Origin: Christensenellaceae bacterium
GTDB taxonomy: Bacteria > Bacillota > Clostridia > Christensenellales > Borkfalkiaceae
Assembly: GCA_045534905.1 (NCBI GenBank)
Contig: JAZSKQ010000009.1
Span: 40,721 to 104,720 of the forward strand
Direction of reading: 5' to 3'
Length of the DNA stretch: 64,000 bases
Position 1 is the stretch's first letter, and every line of letters begins with the position of its first letter. The position numbers and the translations under genes were made by a program. A model generated the notes under the pieces. It was not told the DNA's origin and did no database searches. It worked only from the letters and a program-made list of their open reading frames with translations. Shown piece by piece: positions 8,657 to 17,395 of the stretch.

Positions 8657-9946
8657 ATGAATTTTAATTTAATGCACCCTGCAGAACAAATTGTTTTGCT
8701 TATAAATAGGGTATATCAAAAAGGACTTACTACCACGTCTGGTGGTAACCTTTCGATAAAGGATAGTGAGGGCAATATTTGGATAACCCCATCTGGAATA
8801 GACAAGGGTTCTTTAACCCCGTCGGATATATGTAAAGTTTTACCCGACGGTACGATTGAAGGAAAACATAAACCCTCGGTTGAACTACCTATCCATAGAC
8901 TGGTTTATAAAACAAGACCTGACATTTCGGCAGTGCTTCACGCACACCCACCGGCACTCGTAAGTTTTTCGCTTATAAGAAAAGTGCCTAATATAAACGT
9001 AATACCCACCCCAAAAATCGTTTGTGGTGAAGTAGGTATTGCAAAATACGAAGTTCCGGGTAGTGAAGAACTTGCCCAAGGCATAGTAAAAGAATTCAAA
9101 AAAGGCGTAAACGTAGTAATAATGGAAAATCACGGCGTTATTACTTGTGCTGACGATTTGTTCCAAGCATTTAAGCGTTTCGAAACCTTAAACTTTGCCG
9201 CATCGCTTAACATTACTGCATCAACTTTAGGTAATGCAGAAGCTTTAACTGACGAACAAGTTGCAATCAATGCAAGAAAAGGTTTGTCGGCTTTAGGCGA
9301 ATTTATTCCTACGTCTTTTAGTAGTGACGAAAGAAGATTAAGAAAGGAAATGTGTACGCTTATTCATAGAGCGTATGATCAAGGCTTATTTACAAGTACC
9401 CAAGGTACTTTTTCGGTAAGGCTTAATAAAAATAGTTTTCTTATCACTCCTTACGACGTGGATAGAAAGTATATCGAACCAGAAGATATCGTAAGAATTG
9501 AATATAACTGGCGTGAAGCGGGAAAAACGCCAAGTCGTTCGGTAGGTCTTCATAAGCTTATTTACGACGAGCATCCCGAAATCAACGCTATAACCGTTGC
9601 ACACCCTATATATTTAATGGCTTTCGGTATAACTAAAACGCCTATCGATAGCAGGACTATACCTGAATCGTATATTTCTATGAGAGATATAGTAAGGGTA
9701 CCGTTTGGCACACCTATTTTGTATCCAGAAAAGGTTTCTAAACTAATTTCTGCAAGTTCACCCGTTGTAATGGTTGAAAATGATAGTGTTATTTCTACCG
9801 GTCATACTTTAATTAACGCCTTCGATAGATTAGAAGTTGCTGAAATGACGGCGAACACTATAATCCACGCAAGGCAAATTGGTGAAATCGTTAAGATTAA
9901 CGATGAACAAATTGAAACTATAAATAAAGCATTTAACTTAAAATAA
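8657..9946 (+). CDS. Tandem (duplicated) class II aldolase/adducin-fold protein. The N-terminal half has intact metal ligands and the C-terminal half is degenerate.
   Basis: Both halves show the GGN(L)S / TP(S/Y) ... HP pattern. The N half has SVE..H, HAHP and ENHG. The C half has SRS..H, VAHP and ENDS at the equivalent places. Confidence 0.7.
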   Translation: MNFNLMHPAEQIVLLINRVYQKGLTTTSGGNLSIKDSEGNIWITPSGIDKGSLTPSDICKVLPDGTIEGKHKPSVELPIHRLVYKTRPDISAVLHAHPPALVSFSLIRKVPNINVIPTPKIVCGEVGIAKYEVPGSEELAQGIVKEFKKGVNVVIMENHGVITCADDLFQAFKRFETLNFAASLNITASTLGNAEALTDEQVAINARKGLSALGEFIPTSFSSDERRLRKEMCTLIHRAYDQGLFTSTQGTFSVRLNKNSFLITPYDVDRKYIEPEDIVRIEYNWREAGKTPSRSVGLHKLIYDEHPEINAITVAHPIYLMAFGITKTPIDSRTIPESYISMRDIVRVPFGTPILYPEKVSKLISASSPVVMVENDSVISTGHTLINAFDRLEVAEMTANTIIHARQIGEIVKINDEQIETINKAFNLK

Positions 9947-9964
9947 TAACTATTGGAGGAAATT

Positions 9965-10993
9965 ATGGAAAAGACCATAAAAGAACTTATTGATATTTCT
10001 CAATATTCAGGTAGTCGTGCCGACTATACCCAAGGTGGTGGCGGAAATACGTCTGTAAAAAATCTTGAAAAGGGCATTATGCTTATTAAGGCGTCAGGCT
10101 ACAAATTAAAAGATATTTCTATGGATACTGCGTTCGTAGGCGTTGACCAAGATAAAATTTTCAACTACTACAACACTGTTGACGTTTCAGTTGAAAAGGA
10201 CTACGAAAAAGAAAGTGCAGAAGTATCTAAGAATTCTATAGTAGAGTTAGAAGGAATTAAAACTTTAAGACCAAGTGTAGAAGTTGGTTTCCACTCAATC
10301 TTAAAGAAATACGTTATACACACTCACTCTGTATATGCAAACGTAATTACTTGTAGCCAAGAAGGCGAAGAACTTGCTAAAAAGTTATTCAAAGATAAAG
10401 ATTTCGGCTTTATTTTCCTCCCCTACATTAACCCAGGTTTTGAACTCACTTTAGCAATGAAAAAGGAAATTGAAAAGTACGTGGCTGAAACCGGCAAATA
10501 CCCCGAAGTTATATTTATGAAAAACCACGGTTTAGTAGTAAACTCTGACTGTATTGATAGGGTAAAGGCAGTAAATACCGACGTAAACGAAACTATCAGA
10601 AATTACTTTAATTTAGCAGACGACTTTAGAGAAGTTACTTTAGTTCCTACTGCAACTGGATTCGTATCTGAAACCAAAATAGTTAACGAATTCGTAAAGA
10701 ACAACGTTCTTGATAAGGCTTATTTAGATACCTATCCACTTTATCCCGACCAATTAGTATATCTTAATAACATTTTACTTAACTCGCCAGACACGTTGGT
10801 TGTTAAAGATGGTAAGGTATACTATAATACCGATATTAAGCAAGCAACCACTTTAGAAGAAACTTTGGCTGCATATCTTTTCGTAATGACTACCGTAAAG
10901 AAGAACGGACTTACCGTATCTACTATGAACGAAAAAGAAGTTGCATTTATTAACGGTTGGGAAGCTGAAAAATACCGTCGTTCGGTAAAATAA
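9965..10993 (+). CDS. Class II aldolase/adducin-family protein (resembles the aldolase half of bifunctional RhaD/YuxG-type enzymes)
   Basis: GGGGNTSVK, PSVEVGFH, HTHS and KNHG motifs are present. GGAGG RBS at 9955-9959 precedes ATG 9965. The ORF-track start at 9953 is TTG. Confidence 0.6.
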   Translation: MEKTIKELIDISQYSGSRADYTQGGGGNTSVKNLEKGIMLIKASGYKLKDISMDTAFVGVDQDKIFNYYNTVDVSVEKDYEKESAEVSKNSIVELEGIKTLRPSVEVGFHSILKKYVIHTHSVYANVITCSQEGEELAKKLFKDKDFGFIFLPYINPGFELTLAMKKEIEKYVAETGKYPEVIFMKNHGLVVNSDCIDRVKAVNTDVNETIRNYFNLADDFREVTLVPTATGFVSETKIVNEFVKNNVLDKAYLDTYPLYPDQLVYLNNILLNSPDTLVVKDGKVYYNTDIKQATTLEETLAAYLFVMTTVKKNGLTVSTMNEKEVAFINGWEAEKYRRSVK

Positions 10994-11001
10994 TTTAAAT
11001 T

Positions 11002-11028
11002 AAAACGGCGTTAAAAACGCCGTTTTTT
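11002..11028 (+). terminator. Rho-independent terminator ending the PHP/SDR/aldolase operon
   Basis: Stem aaaacggcg / cgccgtttt with a 7-nt loop and a T run. Confidence 0.7.
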
Positions 11029-12075
11029 ATGGGGATAAATATGGATTTTTCAGTTTTAGATAAAAAAATAAAAAGTTATTGTGAGCAAAATCTAATTTCT
11101 TGTTCTATTAGGTTGACGGTAAAAGATCAAATTTTATACGAGGGAAACTTTGGCTATGCAAATGACCAAACTAAAACGAAATTTGATAAAAACTCCTTGT
11201 TTACCTTTTATTCAATGTCTAAGCCACTTTGTGCAATAGGTCTTTTAAAATTAAAAGATAAAGGGCTAATTGATTTAGACGTTCATCCAAGCAAATATTT
11301 GCCCGAAGCCGAAAAATTCAATAAAAACGTTACTATAAGGCACATGTTACATCACGTCAGTGGGATTCCGGACTTTGAAAGAGAAAAAGAGTTTTGTAAA
11401 AAACACGCTCCGGGTTATTCTCAATTTGCACGTGAACACGTTAAACTTTTAAGTGAAATACCTTCTTATTTCGAGCCTAATACCAATGCGTTGTATGCAA
11501 GTATAAACTACGAAATTCCCGCTCTTATTATAGAAAACGTAAGTGGAAAAACTTACGATGAATACATGAAAACGGAAGTTTTTGAGCCGTTGGGGATGAA
11601 AAACGCTATGATAGACCACCCTGAATTAAACATAAATAGGGTGCAAGGATATGAACTTAAAAACGGAAAACGTGTCCCTATAGATAAGGCTTTTGGCTGG
11701 CTTTTGGGTGGTGGTGACGTGATAGGTACTATAGATGACGTTTACTGCTTAAATACTGCTTATAAACATAAAAAAATACTTACCGAAAAAACTTGGCAAG
11801 AAGTAGTAACACCGTCCCCCTTAAACAATATGGGACTTGGCAACACCATACTAAATTGGCATGGAAAATTAAGAATAAATCACAACGGTGGACACTACGG
11901 TTTTAGGACTATGCATTTGCAGTTAGTAGAAGATGATTTCGACTTAATTATAATGTCTAACAGTGGATATGGTTCACCAAGAGAAGATATATCCGAAATG
12001 ATTTACGATTTTTATTACGGAAGTGATGACGTCGTATCTGATAAATTAGAAATGGATAAAGGTTTCGCAAGATAA
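11029..12075 (+). CDS. Serine hydrolase, beta-lactamase/transpeptidase-like (class C / esterase family)
   Basis: SxxK motif in FYSMSKPLCA. About 345 aa. ATG 11041 is an equally plausible start, because 11029 abuts the terminator T tail. Confidence 0.6.
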   Translation: MGINMDFSVLDKKIKSYCEQNLISCSIRLTVKDQILYEGNFGYANDQTKTKFDKNSLFTFYSMSKPLCAIGLLKLKDKGLIDLDVHPSKYLPEAEKFNKNVTIRHMLHHVSGIPDFEREKEFCKKHAPGYSQFAREHVKLLSEIPSYFEPNTNALYASINYEIPALIIENVSGKTYDEYMKTEVFEPLGMKNAMIDHPELNINRVQGYELKNGKRVPIDKAFGWLLGGGDVIGTIDDVYCLNTAYKHKKILTEKTWQEVVTPSPLNNMGLGNTILNWHGKLRINHNGGHYGFRTMHLQLVEDDFDLIIMSNSGYGSPREDISEMIYDFYYGSDDVVSDKLEMDKGFAR

Positions 12076-12080
12076 TAGTT

Positions 12081-12120
12081 AAAAAAGCCCGTTAGTATGA
12101 CTAACGGGCTAAATTTTTAT
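12081..12120. terminator. Bidirectional terminator between the hydrolase (+) and deoR-family (-) genes
   Basis: A 10-bp stem agcccgttag / ctaacgggct with a 5-nt loop, flanked by an A run on the left and a T run on the right. Confidence 0.7.
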
Positions 12121-12132
12121 TTTTTACTAAAT

Positions 12133-12903
12133 TTAATCTTCTGGATAGATAAGTTTGCAACCACTTTCGGCTATAATTTTTAAGAATTTTTCGGACGGCT
12201 TTTTATCAGTTACAAGGTAGTCGATATCATTAAAATCTAAGTCAGTACACATAAACGTTTTTCCGAATTTAGTGGAGTCGCAAAGCATTACTAAGGTTGA
12301 AGAATTTTTACGCATTTGTTGCTTTAATTTGGCTTGTTCTATACTTGCATCGGTAAATCCTGCTTTATCGTCAACGCCCATGCAAGAAATTATTGCAATG
12401 TCTGCGTGAATTCTTGAAATATAGTCCATAGTATCAGTACCTGTAGTGGAGTTGGAGTGGTTGGTTACAAGTCCACCCGCAATGTAAATTTTTACAGAAT
12501 TGGTTTGTGATAAAAGTAAGGCGTTTCTAAGTCCCGTTGTGGTTACGGTTAAATACTTAAACCTGTTAAGTAGCGGGATAACGGCACCAGTGGTGGAAGA
12601 CGAGTCCATAAAAACCGATTGACCACTTTTAATAAGCCCAACTGCTAAACTTGCTATAATTCTTTTTGCGGGTATGTTTTCTTGTTCACGCAAAACAAAC
12701 GCCGATTCTTCACTGCTAGACGACTTAAAAAGTACTGCGCCACCGTGTGATCTACGTATTAGACCTTGTTGTTCCATAATGCGTAAATCCCGTCTAATCG
12801 TTGCGCCCGAAACGAAAAGTTCCTTGGCTAAATATTCAACCGTTGCTGATTTTTCATGATTCAATATGTCCAAAATTTCATTTTGACGTTCTAAAGATAG
12901 CAT
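12133..12903 (-). CDS. DeoR/GlpR-family transcriptional regulator
   Basis: N-terminal wHTH (ATVEYLAKELFVSGATIRRDLRIMEQQGLIRRSHGGA) plus a DeoR C-terminal sugar-phosphate sensor domain. 256 aa. Confidence 0.85.
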   Translation of the reverse strand: MLSLERQNEILDILNHEKSATVEYLAKELFVSGATIRRDLRIMEQQGLIRRSHGGAVLFKSSSSEESAFVLREQENIPAKRIIASLAVGLIKSGQSVFMDSSSTTGAVIPLLNRFKYLTVTTTGLRNALLLSQTNSVKIYIAGGLVTNHSNSTTGTDTMDYISRIHADIAIISCMGVDDKAGFTDASIEQAKLKQQMRKNSSTLVMLCDSTKFGKTFMCTDLDFNDIDYLVTDKKPSEKFLKIIAESGCKLIYPED

Positions 12904-12928
12904 AAAACCTCCTTTTAGTGTAAAATAT

Positions 12929-12948
12929 GTTCATTTGTGTTCATTTGT
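12929..12948. promoter_or_regulatory. Tandem 10-bp direct repeat (gttcatttgt x2), candidate DeoR-type operator
   Basis: A perfect tandem copy at 12929-12938 and 12939-12948, placed between the predicted deoR promoter and the deoR start codon. A related gtgttcgaaaa lies at 13028-13038, just after the -10 of the divergent promoter. Confidence 0.35.
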
Positions 12949-12954
12949 GCTTAT

Positions 12955-12983
12955 ATTTTATCACAAAAAAAATTTTTTTGCAA
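12955..12983 (-). promoter_or_regulatory. sigma-A type promoter for the DeoR-family gene
   Basis: On the minus strand: TTGCAA (12983-12978), 17-nt spacer, TGATAAAAT extended -10 (12963-12955). Confidence 0.5.
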
Positions 12984-12998
12984 CTTATATATAATATA

Positions 12999-13027
12999 TA
13001 AACAAAAATAAATTTTCGTGATATAAT
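12999..13027 (+). promoter_or_regulatory. Promoter for the dehydrogenase operon (extended -10 type)
   Basis: TGATATAAT at 13019-13027. The -35 is weak: TAAACA at 12999-13004 with a 17-nt spacer. Confidence 0.45.
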
Positions 13028-13065
13028 GTGTTCGAAAATTTTTATAATAGGAGGATTACGGTATA

Positions 13066-14319
13066 ATGAAGACCAAAGCGGTTAGACTTTACGGTAAACA
13101 AGATTTAAGATTGGAAGAATTTGAACTTCCAGCAATTAAAGACGATGAAATTTTAGTTAAAGTAGTTTCGGACAGTATTTGTATGTCCACCTACAAAGCA
13201 GCTATTCAAGGTGAAGATCATAAAAGAGTTCCCAATGATATAGCAACTAATCCTGTTATCATGGGGCACGAATTCTGTGGTGATATTTTAGAAGTTGGTG
13301 CAAAATGGCAACACAAATTTAAGCCGGGTATGAAGTTTGGTATTCAACCTGCAATCGGTTGTTTAGAAACTCCGGGCTATGCATTCCCGTTCGTTGGTGG
13401 TGACGCTACTTATGCAATCATTCCTAACGTAGTAATGGAAGCAGATTGCTTAATTCCTTACGACGGTGATTCATACTTTAAGGCTTCTTTAGCAGAACCT
13501 ATGTCATGTATCATTGCAGGTTATCATGAAAACTATCACACCGTATATGAAAATCACACTCACGACATGGGTATCGTAGAAGGTGGTTCAGTAGCAATCC
13601 TTGCAGGTGTAGGTCCTATGGGTCTCGGTGCGATTGACTACGGTATTCACGGTGATAGAAAGCCGTCTTTAATGGTAGTTACCGATATCGACCAAGCAAG
13701 ACTTGATAGAGCTGCAACTTTACTTACCGTAGAAGATGCTGCTAAGAACGGTGTAAAACTTATTTACGTTAACACTTCAAACGTAGAAGACCCCATTGCA
13801 TACATCAAGAGCCTCAATGGTGGTAAGGGTTACGACGACGTATTCGTTTATGCTCCAGTTGCACCTCTTATCGAACAAGGCGACGCACTTTTAGGTGAAG
13901 GCGGATGCTTAAACTTCTTCGCTGGTCCTACCAAGGCAGATTTCTCTGCTAAGTTTAATTTCTACGACGTACACTATGCATTCCACAGAATTACCGGTAC
14001 TTCGGGTGGAAACACTAACGACTTAAGAGAAGCACTTAAACTTGCAGGTGAAGGCAGAATCAATCCGTCTATCATGATTTCACACGTTGGTGGTCTTGAT
14101 AGCGTTATCGACACAACCTTAAATCTTCCAAATATTAAGGGCGCAAAGAAACTTGCATACACCCACGTTTCTATGCCTATGACTGCTATTGCTGACTTTG
14201 CAGAACTCGGCAAGACCGATCCGTTCTTCAAAGACCTCGCAGACATTTGCGAAAGAAACAACGGAATTTGGTCTGCAGAAGCAGAAAAATACTTATTAGC
14301 AAACGCTAAAAAAATATAA
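13066..14319 (+). CDS. Zinc-binding medium-chain dehydrogenase, long (~415 aa) SorE (L-sorbose-1-phosphate reductase)-like subgroup
   Basis: The N-terminus (AVRLYGKQDLRLEEFELP..ILVKVVSDSICMST..GHEFCG) and glycine-rich GVGPMGLG are typical of the MDR family. The 417-aa length matches the SorE-like subgroup as I recall it. Confidence 0.6.
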   Translation: MKTKAVRLYGKQDLRLEEFELPAIKDDEILVKVVSDSICMSTYKAAIQGEDHKRVPNDIATNPVIMGHEFCGDILEVGAKWQHKFKPGMKFGIQPAIGCLETPGYAFPFVGGDATYAIIPNVVMEADCLIPYDGDSYFKASLAEPMSCIIAGYHENYHTVYENHTHDMGIVEGGSVAILAGVGPMGLGAIDYGIHGDRKPSLMVVTDIDQARLDRAATLLTVEDAAKNGVKLIYVNTSNVEDPIAYIKSLNGGKGYDDVFVYAPVAPLIEQGDALLGEGGCLNFFAGPTKADFSAKFNFYDVHYAFHRITGTSGGNTNDLREALKLAGEGRINPSIMISHVGGLDSVIDTTLNLPNIKGAKKLAYTHVSMPMTAIADFAELGKTDPFFKDLADICERNNGIWSAEAEKYLLANAKKI

Positions 14320-14339
14320 TTTAGGAGATATACGATAAA

Positions 14340-15977
14340 ATGGCAAATCCAGTTGTAATGCCTAAACAAGGTATCACGGTTGAAAGTTGTATTTTAACCG
14401 AATGGAAAGTAAAAATCGGTGACAAAGTTAAGGTTGGCGACGTACTTTTCGCATTTGAAACCGACAAATCGTCAGTTGACTGCATTTCCGAAGTTGAAGG
14501 TGAAGTTTTAGCACTTTTAGCTGAAGAAGGCGACGAAGTTCCAGTACTTACTAACGTTGTAATTATCGGAACCAAGGGTGAAGACATTTCCGCCTTAACC
14601 GGTGGCGCACCCGCACCCCAAGCAGAAGAAGTTAAAGCCGATGCACCCGTAGCAGCTGCACCTGTTGCAATCCCTGCGGACATCAAGGCTACCCCTGTCG
14701 TAATGCCTAAACAAGGTATTACCGTAGAAAGCTGTATTTTAACCGAATGGAAGGTTAAGGTTGGCGACACTGTAAAAGAAGGCGACGTATTATTTGCTTT
14801 CGAAACTGATAAATCTTCAGTAGATTGTATCGCAGAAGTATCCGGTGAAGTTCTTGCAATCTTCGCAAACGAAGGTGACGAAGTTCCAGTACTTACCAAC
14901 GTTATGGCGATTGGTGAACACGGTGTAGATGCATCTTGCTTTGCACCAGGTGGTTCAGCACCTGCCGTAGCAGAAGTAAAGGCAGAAGTTAAGGCTGAAG
15001 TTAAAGCAGAAACAGCTGCTCCCGTAGCTACTACCGCTAAGGCTGACGACGGAAGAATTTTTGCATCACCAAGAGCTAAAGTTTTAGCAGAAAAACTCGG
15101 TGTTGATTTAAAAACTGCAACTGCAACCGGTCCTAACGGAAGAATTATTGAAAGAGACGTAAGAGAAGCAAGTGTAAATCCGAAGACTGTTGTAGCAGAA
15201 GTTGCTCCTGCACAAGCTGCTGCACCTGTAGCTGCTCCTGTAGTAGAAAAGGCTTCAGACGATTTCAAGGCTTACAAAGACGAAAAAATGTCCAACATCA
15301 GAAAGGTTATCGCAAAGAACATGGTTATGTCTTTATCGACCATGGCTCAACTTACGCACACCATTTCTTTTGATTGCACGAACATTTTGAACTTTAGAAA
15401 GTATCTTAAAGAAAACGCTGAAGTTCTCAAACTTCCAAACATTACTATAAACAACATTATCGTATACGCAGTATCAAGAGTGCTTAAGAATCATAGAGAT
15501 CTTAATGCAAATCTTATCAACGGCGATACGATGCGTTATTTTGAACACGTAAATATGGGTATCGCAACCGATACTCCACGTGGATTATTAGTTCCCACCC
15601 TTTTCGGTGCAGACACAATGAGTCTTTCCGAAATCGCAATCAAGAGCAAGAAGTTATCTACCGATGCAATCGACGGAAAACTTTCTCCTGAATACTTGAC
15701 TGGTGGTAGCTTTACTATTTCTAACGTAGGTACTTATGGTATCGAAAGCTTTACACCTGTAGTAAATCCTCCACAAACTGGTATTCTCGGTGTAAACTCT
15801 TTAGAAACCAGAGTAAAGATTGGCAAAGAAGGCGAAATCGTTCCATACACTGCAATGGCACTTTCACTTTCATACGACCACAGAGCGTTAGACGGTGCAC
15901 CTGCATCTAGATTCTTAAAAGAACTTAAAGATTATCTTGAAAATTTCAGCGTAAATTTAATGGCTGAATCTATCTAA
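14340..15977 (+). CDS. Dihydrolipoamide acyltransferase (E2) with two N-terminal lipoyl domains
   Basis: Two lipoyl domains, each carrying ETDKS. Ala/Pro-rich linkers. Peripheral subunit-binding domain (ASPRAKVLAEKLGVDL). Catalytic domain ending in SLSYDHRALDGA. Confidence 0.9.
   Translation: MANPVVMPKQGITVESCILTEWKVKIGDKVKVGDVLFAFETDKSSVDCISEVEGEVLALLAEEGDEVPVLTNVVIIGTKGEDISALTGGAPAPQAEEVKADAPVAAAPVAIPADIKATPVVMPKQGITVESCILTEWKVKVGDTVKEGDVLFAFETDKSSVDCIAEVSGEVLAIFANEGDEVPVLTNVMAIGEHGVDASCFAPGGSAPAVAEVKAEVKAEVKAETAAPVATTAKADDGRIFASPRAKVLAEKLGVDLKTATATGPNGRIIERDVREASVNPKTVVAEVAPAQAAAPVAAPVVEKASDDFKAYKDEKMSNIRKVIAKNMVMSLSTMAQLTHTISFDCTNILNFRKYLKENAEVLKLPNITINNIIVYAVSRVLKNHRDLNANLINGDTMRYFEHVNMGIATDTPRGLLVPTLFGADTMSLSEIAIKSKKLSTDAIDGKLSPEYLTGGSFTISNVGTYGIESFTPVVNPPQTGILGVNSLETRVKIGKEGEIVPYTAMALSLSYDHRALDGAPASRFLKELKDYLENFSVNLMAESI
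14355..14558 (+). repeat. Lipoyl-domain coding repeat, copy 1 (copy 2 at 14700-14903)
   Basis: A 204-nt segment repeated 345 nt downstream with high nucleotide identity. Both copies start with gtaatgcctaaacaaggtat and end with gaagttccagtactta.caacgtt. Confidence 0.8.
14700..14903 (+). repeat. Lipoyl-domain coding repeat, copy 2
   Basis: See copy 1. The repeat is in frame, with an offset of 115 codons. Confidence 0.8.
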
Positions 15978-15991
15978 AGGAGAGTATATCA

Positions 15992-17362
15992 ATGGAAACT
16001 TATGATTTAGTCGTAATCGGTGGCGGTCCTGCGGGATATCTCGCTGCTGAAAGAGCTGGTCACGCTGGCTTAAAAACCTTAGTTGCTGAAAAGAGAGCTT
16101 TTGGTGGCGTATGTCTTAACGAAGGTTGCGTTCCAAGTAAAACTTTCTTAAACTCTGCAAAAGTAGCAGACTACGCTAACCACGCTGCAAACTACGGCGT
16201 AAAAGTAGCAGGTAATGCAACTGTTGACCAAAAGTTCGTAGTAGAAAGAAAGAACGGCGTTGTAAAAATGTTGGTCGGTGGTGTTGAAGCCACTTTAAGA
16301 AAGAGCAAGGTAACTATGAAGAAGACCGAAGCATTTATCGAAGGAAAAAGTGCGGACGGTTTCACCGTTAAAGTAGGCGAAGAAAAAGTTACTGCAAAAA
16401 GACTTCTTATTGCAACCGGTTCAATGCCTGTCGTTCCTCCGATTCCCGGATTAAAGGAAAATTTAGAAGCAGGCGTAGTATTAACCAATAGAGAAATTTT
16501 AGATTTAACCGAAATCCCCGAAAAGCTCGTTGTAATCGGCGGTGGCGTTATCGGTTTAGAAATGGCAAGTTACTTCTCATCAGTAGGTACTAAAGTTACC
16601 GTTGTTGAAATGCTTAACAAAATAGCTGGTCCTACCGAAGCAGAAATTTCTTCTATCTTACAAAAATCATTAGAAAAGAAGGGTATAACCTTTAATCTTG
16701 GTTGCAAGGTTGTAGGTATTGAAAAGGACGGCGTATTATTCGAAAGAGACGGTAAGCAAGAAAAAGTTCCTGCAGATAAAATTCTTCTTTCAATTGGTAG
16801 AAGAGCCGTTACCCAAAACATCGGCTTAGAAAATATCGGCGTAAACCTTGAAAGAGGTGCTATCGTTACCGACGACTGCATGCGCACTAACGTAGCAAAC
16901 GTATATGCTACCGGTGACGTAAACGGAAAGATTATGCTTGCACACACTGCATACAGAGAATCTGAAGTTGCAATCAACAATATGCTCGGTAAAAAAGATA
17001 GAATGCGCTATAACGTAATTCCTTCGGTTATTTACACCAATCCCGAAATCGGTACTGTAGGTGAAACTGAAGAAAGTGCAAAAGCAAAGGGCTTAGACGT
17101 AAAGACCGTAAGTATTCCATTAACCTATTCTGGTAGATACATTGCGGAAAATACTGCTCTTGACGGCATCTGCAAAATCGTTATAAACAAAAAGACCAAC
17201 ACCTTAATCGGTGCACACGTAATCGGAAGCTACGCAGGTGAATTTATCGTAAGCGTATCAGCTATGATAGACCTTGAAGTAGATATCGAAAATATCAAGA
17301 AATTGGTATTCCCACACCCGACCGTATGTGAAATCGTAAGAGAAGCAATTTGGCAAATCTAA
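15992..17362 (+). CDS. lpdA: Dihydrolipoyl dehydrogenase (E3)
   Basis: FAD motif VVIGGGPAGY, redox-active disulfide GGVCLNEGCVPSK, NAD motif VVIGGGVIGLE, and C-terminal HPT interface motif. Confidence 0.9.
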   Translation: METYDLVVIGGGPAGYLAAERAGHAGLKTLVAEKRAFGGVCLNEGCVPSKTFLNSAKVADYANHAANYGVKVAGNATVDQKFVVERKNGVVKMLVGGVEATLRKSKVTMKKTEAFIEGKSADGFTVKVGEEKVTAKRLLIATGSMPVVPPIPGLKENLEAGVVLTNREILDLTEIPEKLVVIGGGVIGLEMASYFSSVGTKVTVVEMLNKIAGPTEAEISSILQKSLEKKGITFNLGCKVVGIEKDGVLFERDGKQEKVPADKILLSIGRRAVTQNIGLENIGVNLERGAIVTDDCMRTNVANVYATGDVNGKIMLAHTAYRESEVAINNMLGKKDRMRYNVIPSVIYTNPEIGTVGETEESAKAKGLDVKTVSIPLTYSGRYIAENTALDGICKIVINKKTNTLIGAHVIGSYAGEFIVSVSAMIDLEVDIENIKKLVFPHPTVCEIVREAIWQI

Positions 17363-17395
17363 TAATTATAGTAAAAAAATACAAGGAGATATATT

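Noticed and set aside
12978-12995. TTGCAA (12978-83) plus TATAAT (12990-95) as a plus-strand promoter
   Set aside because: The spacer is only 6 nt. TTGCAA fits much better as the -35 of the minus-strand deoR promoter.
14321-15268. 315-aa minus-strand ORF, the longest antisense ORF in the window
   Set aside because: It lies entirely antisense to the E2 gene, across its Ala/Pro-rich linkers and duplicated lipoyl domains. The translation is low-complexity (Ala/Ser/Thr/Pro runs), there is no RBS, and the sense-strand gene is unambiguous.
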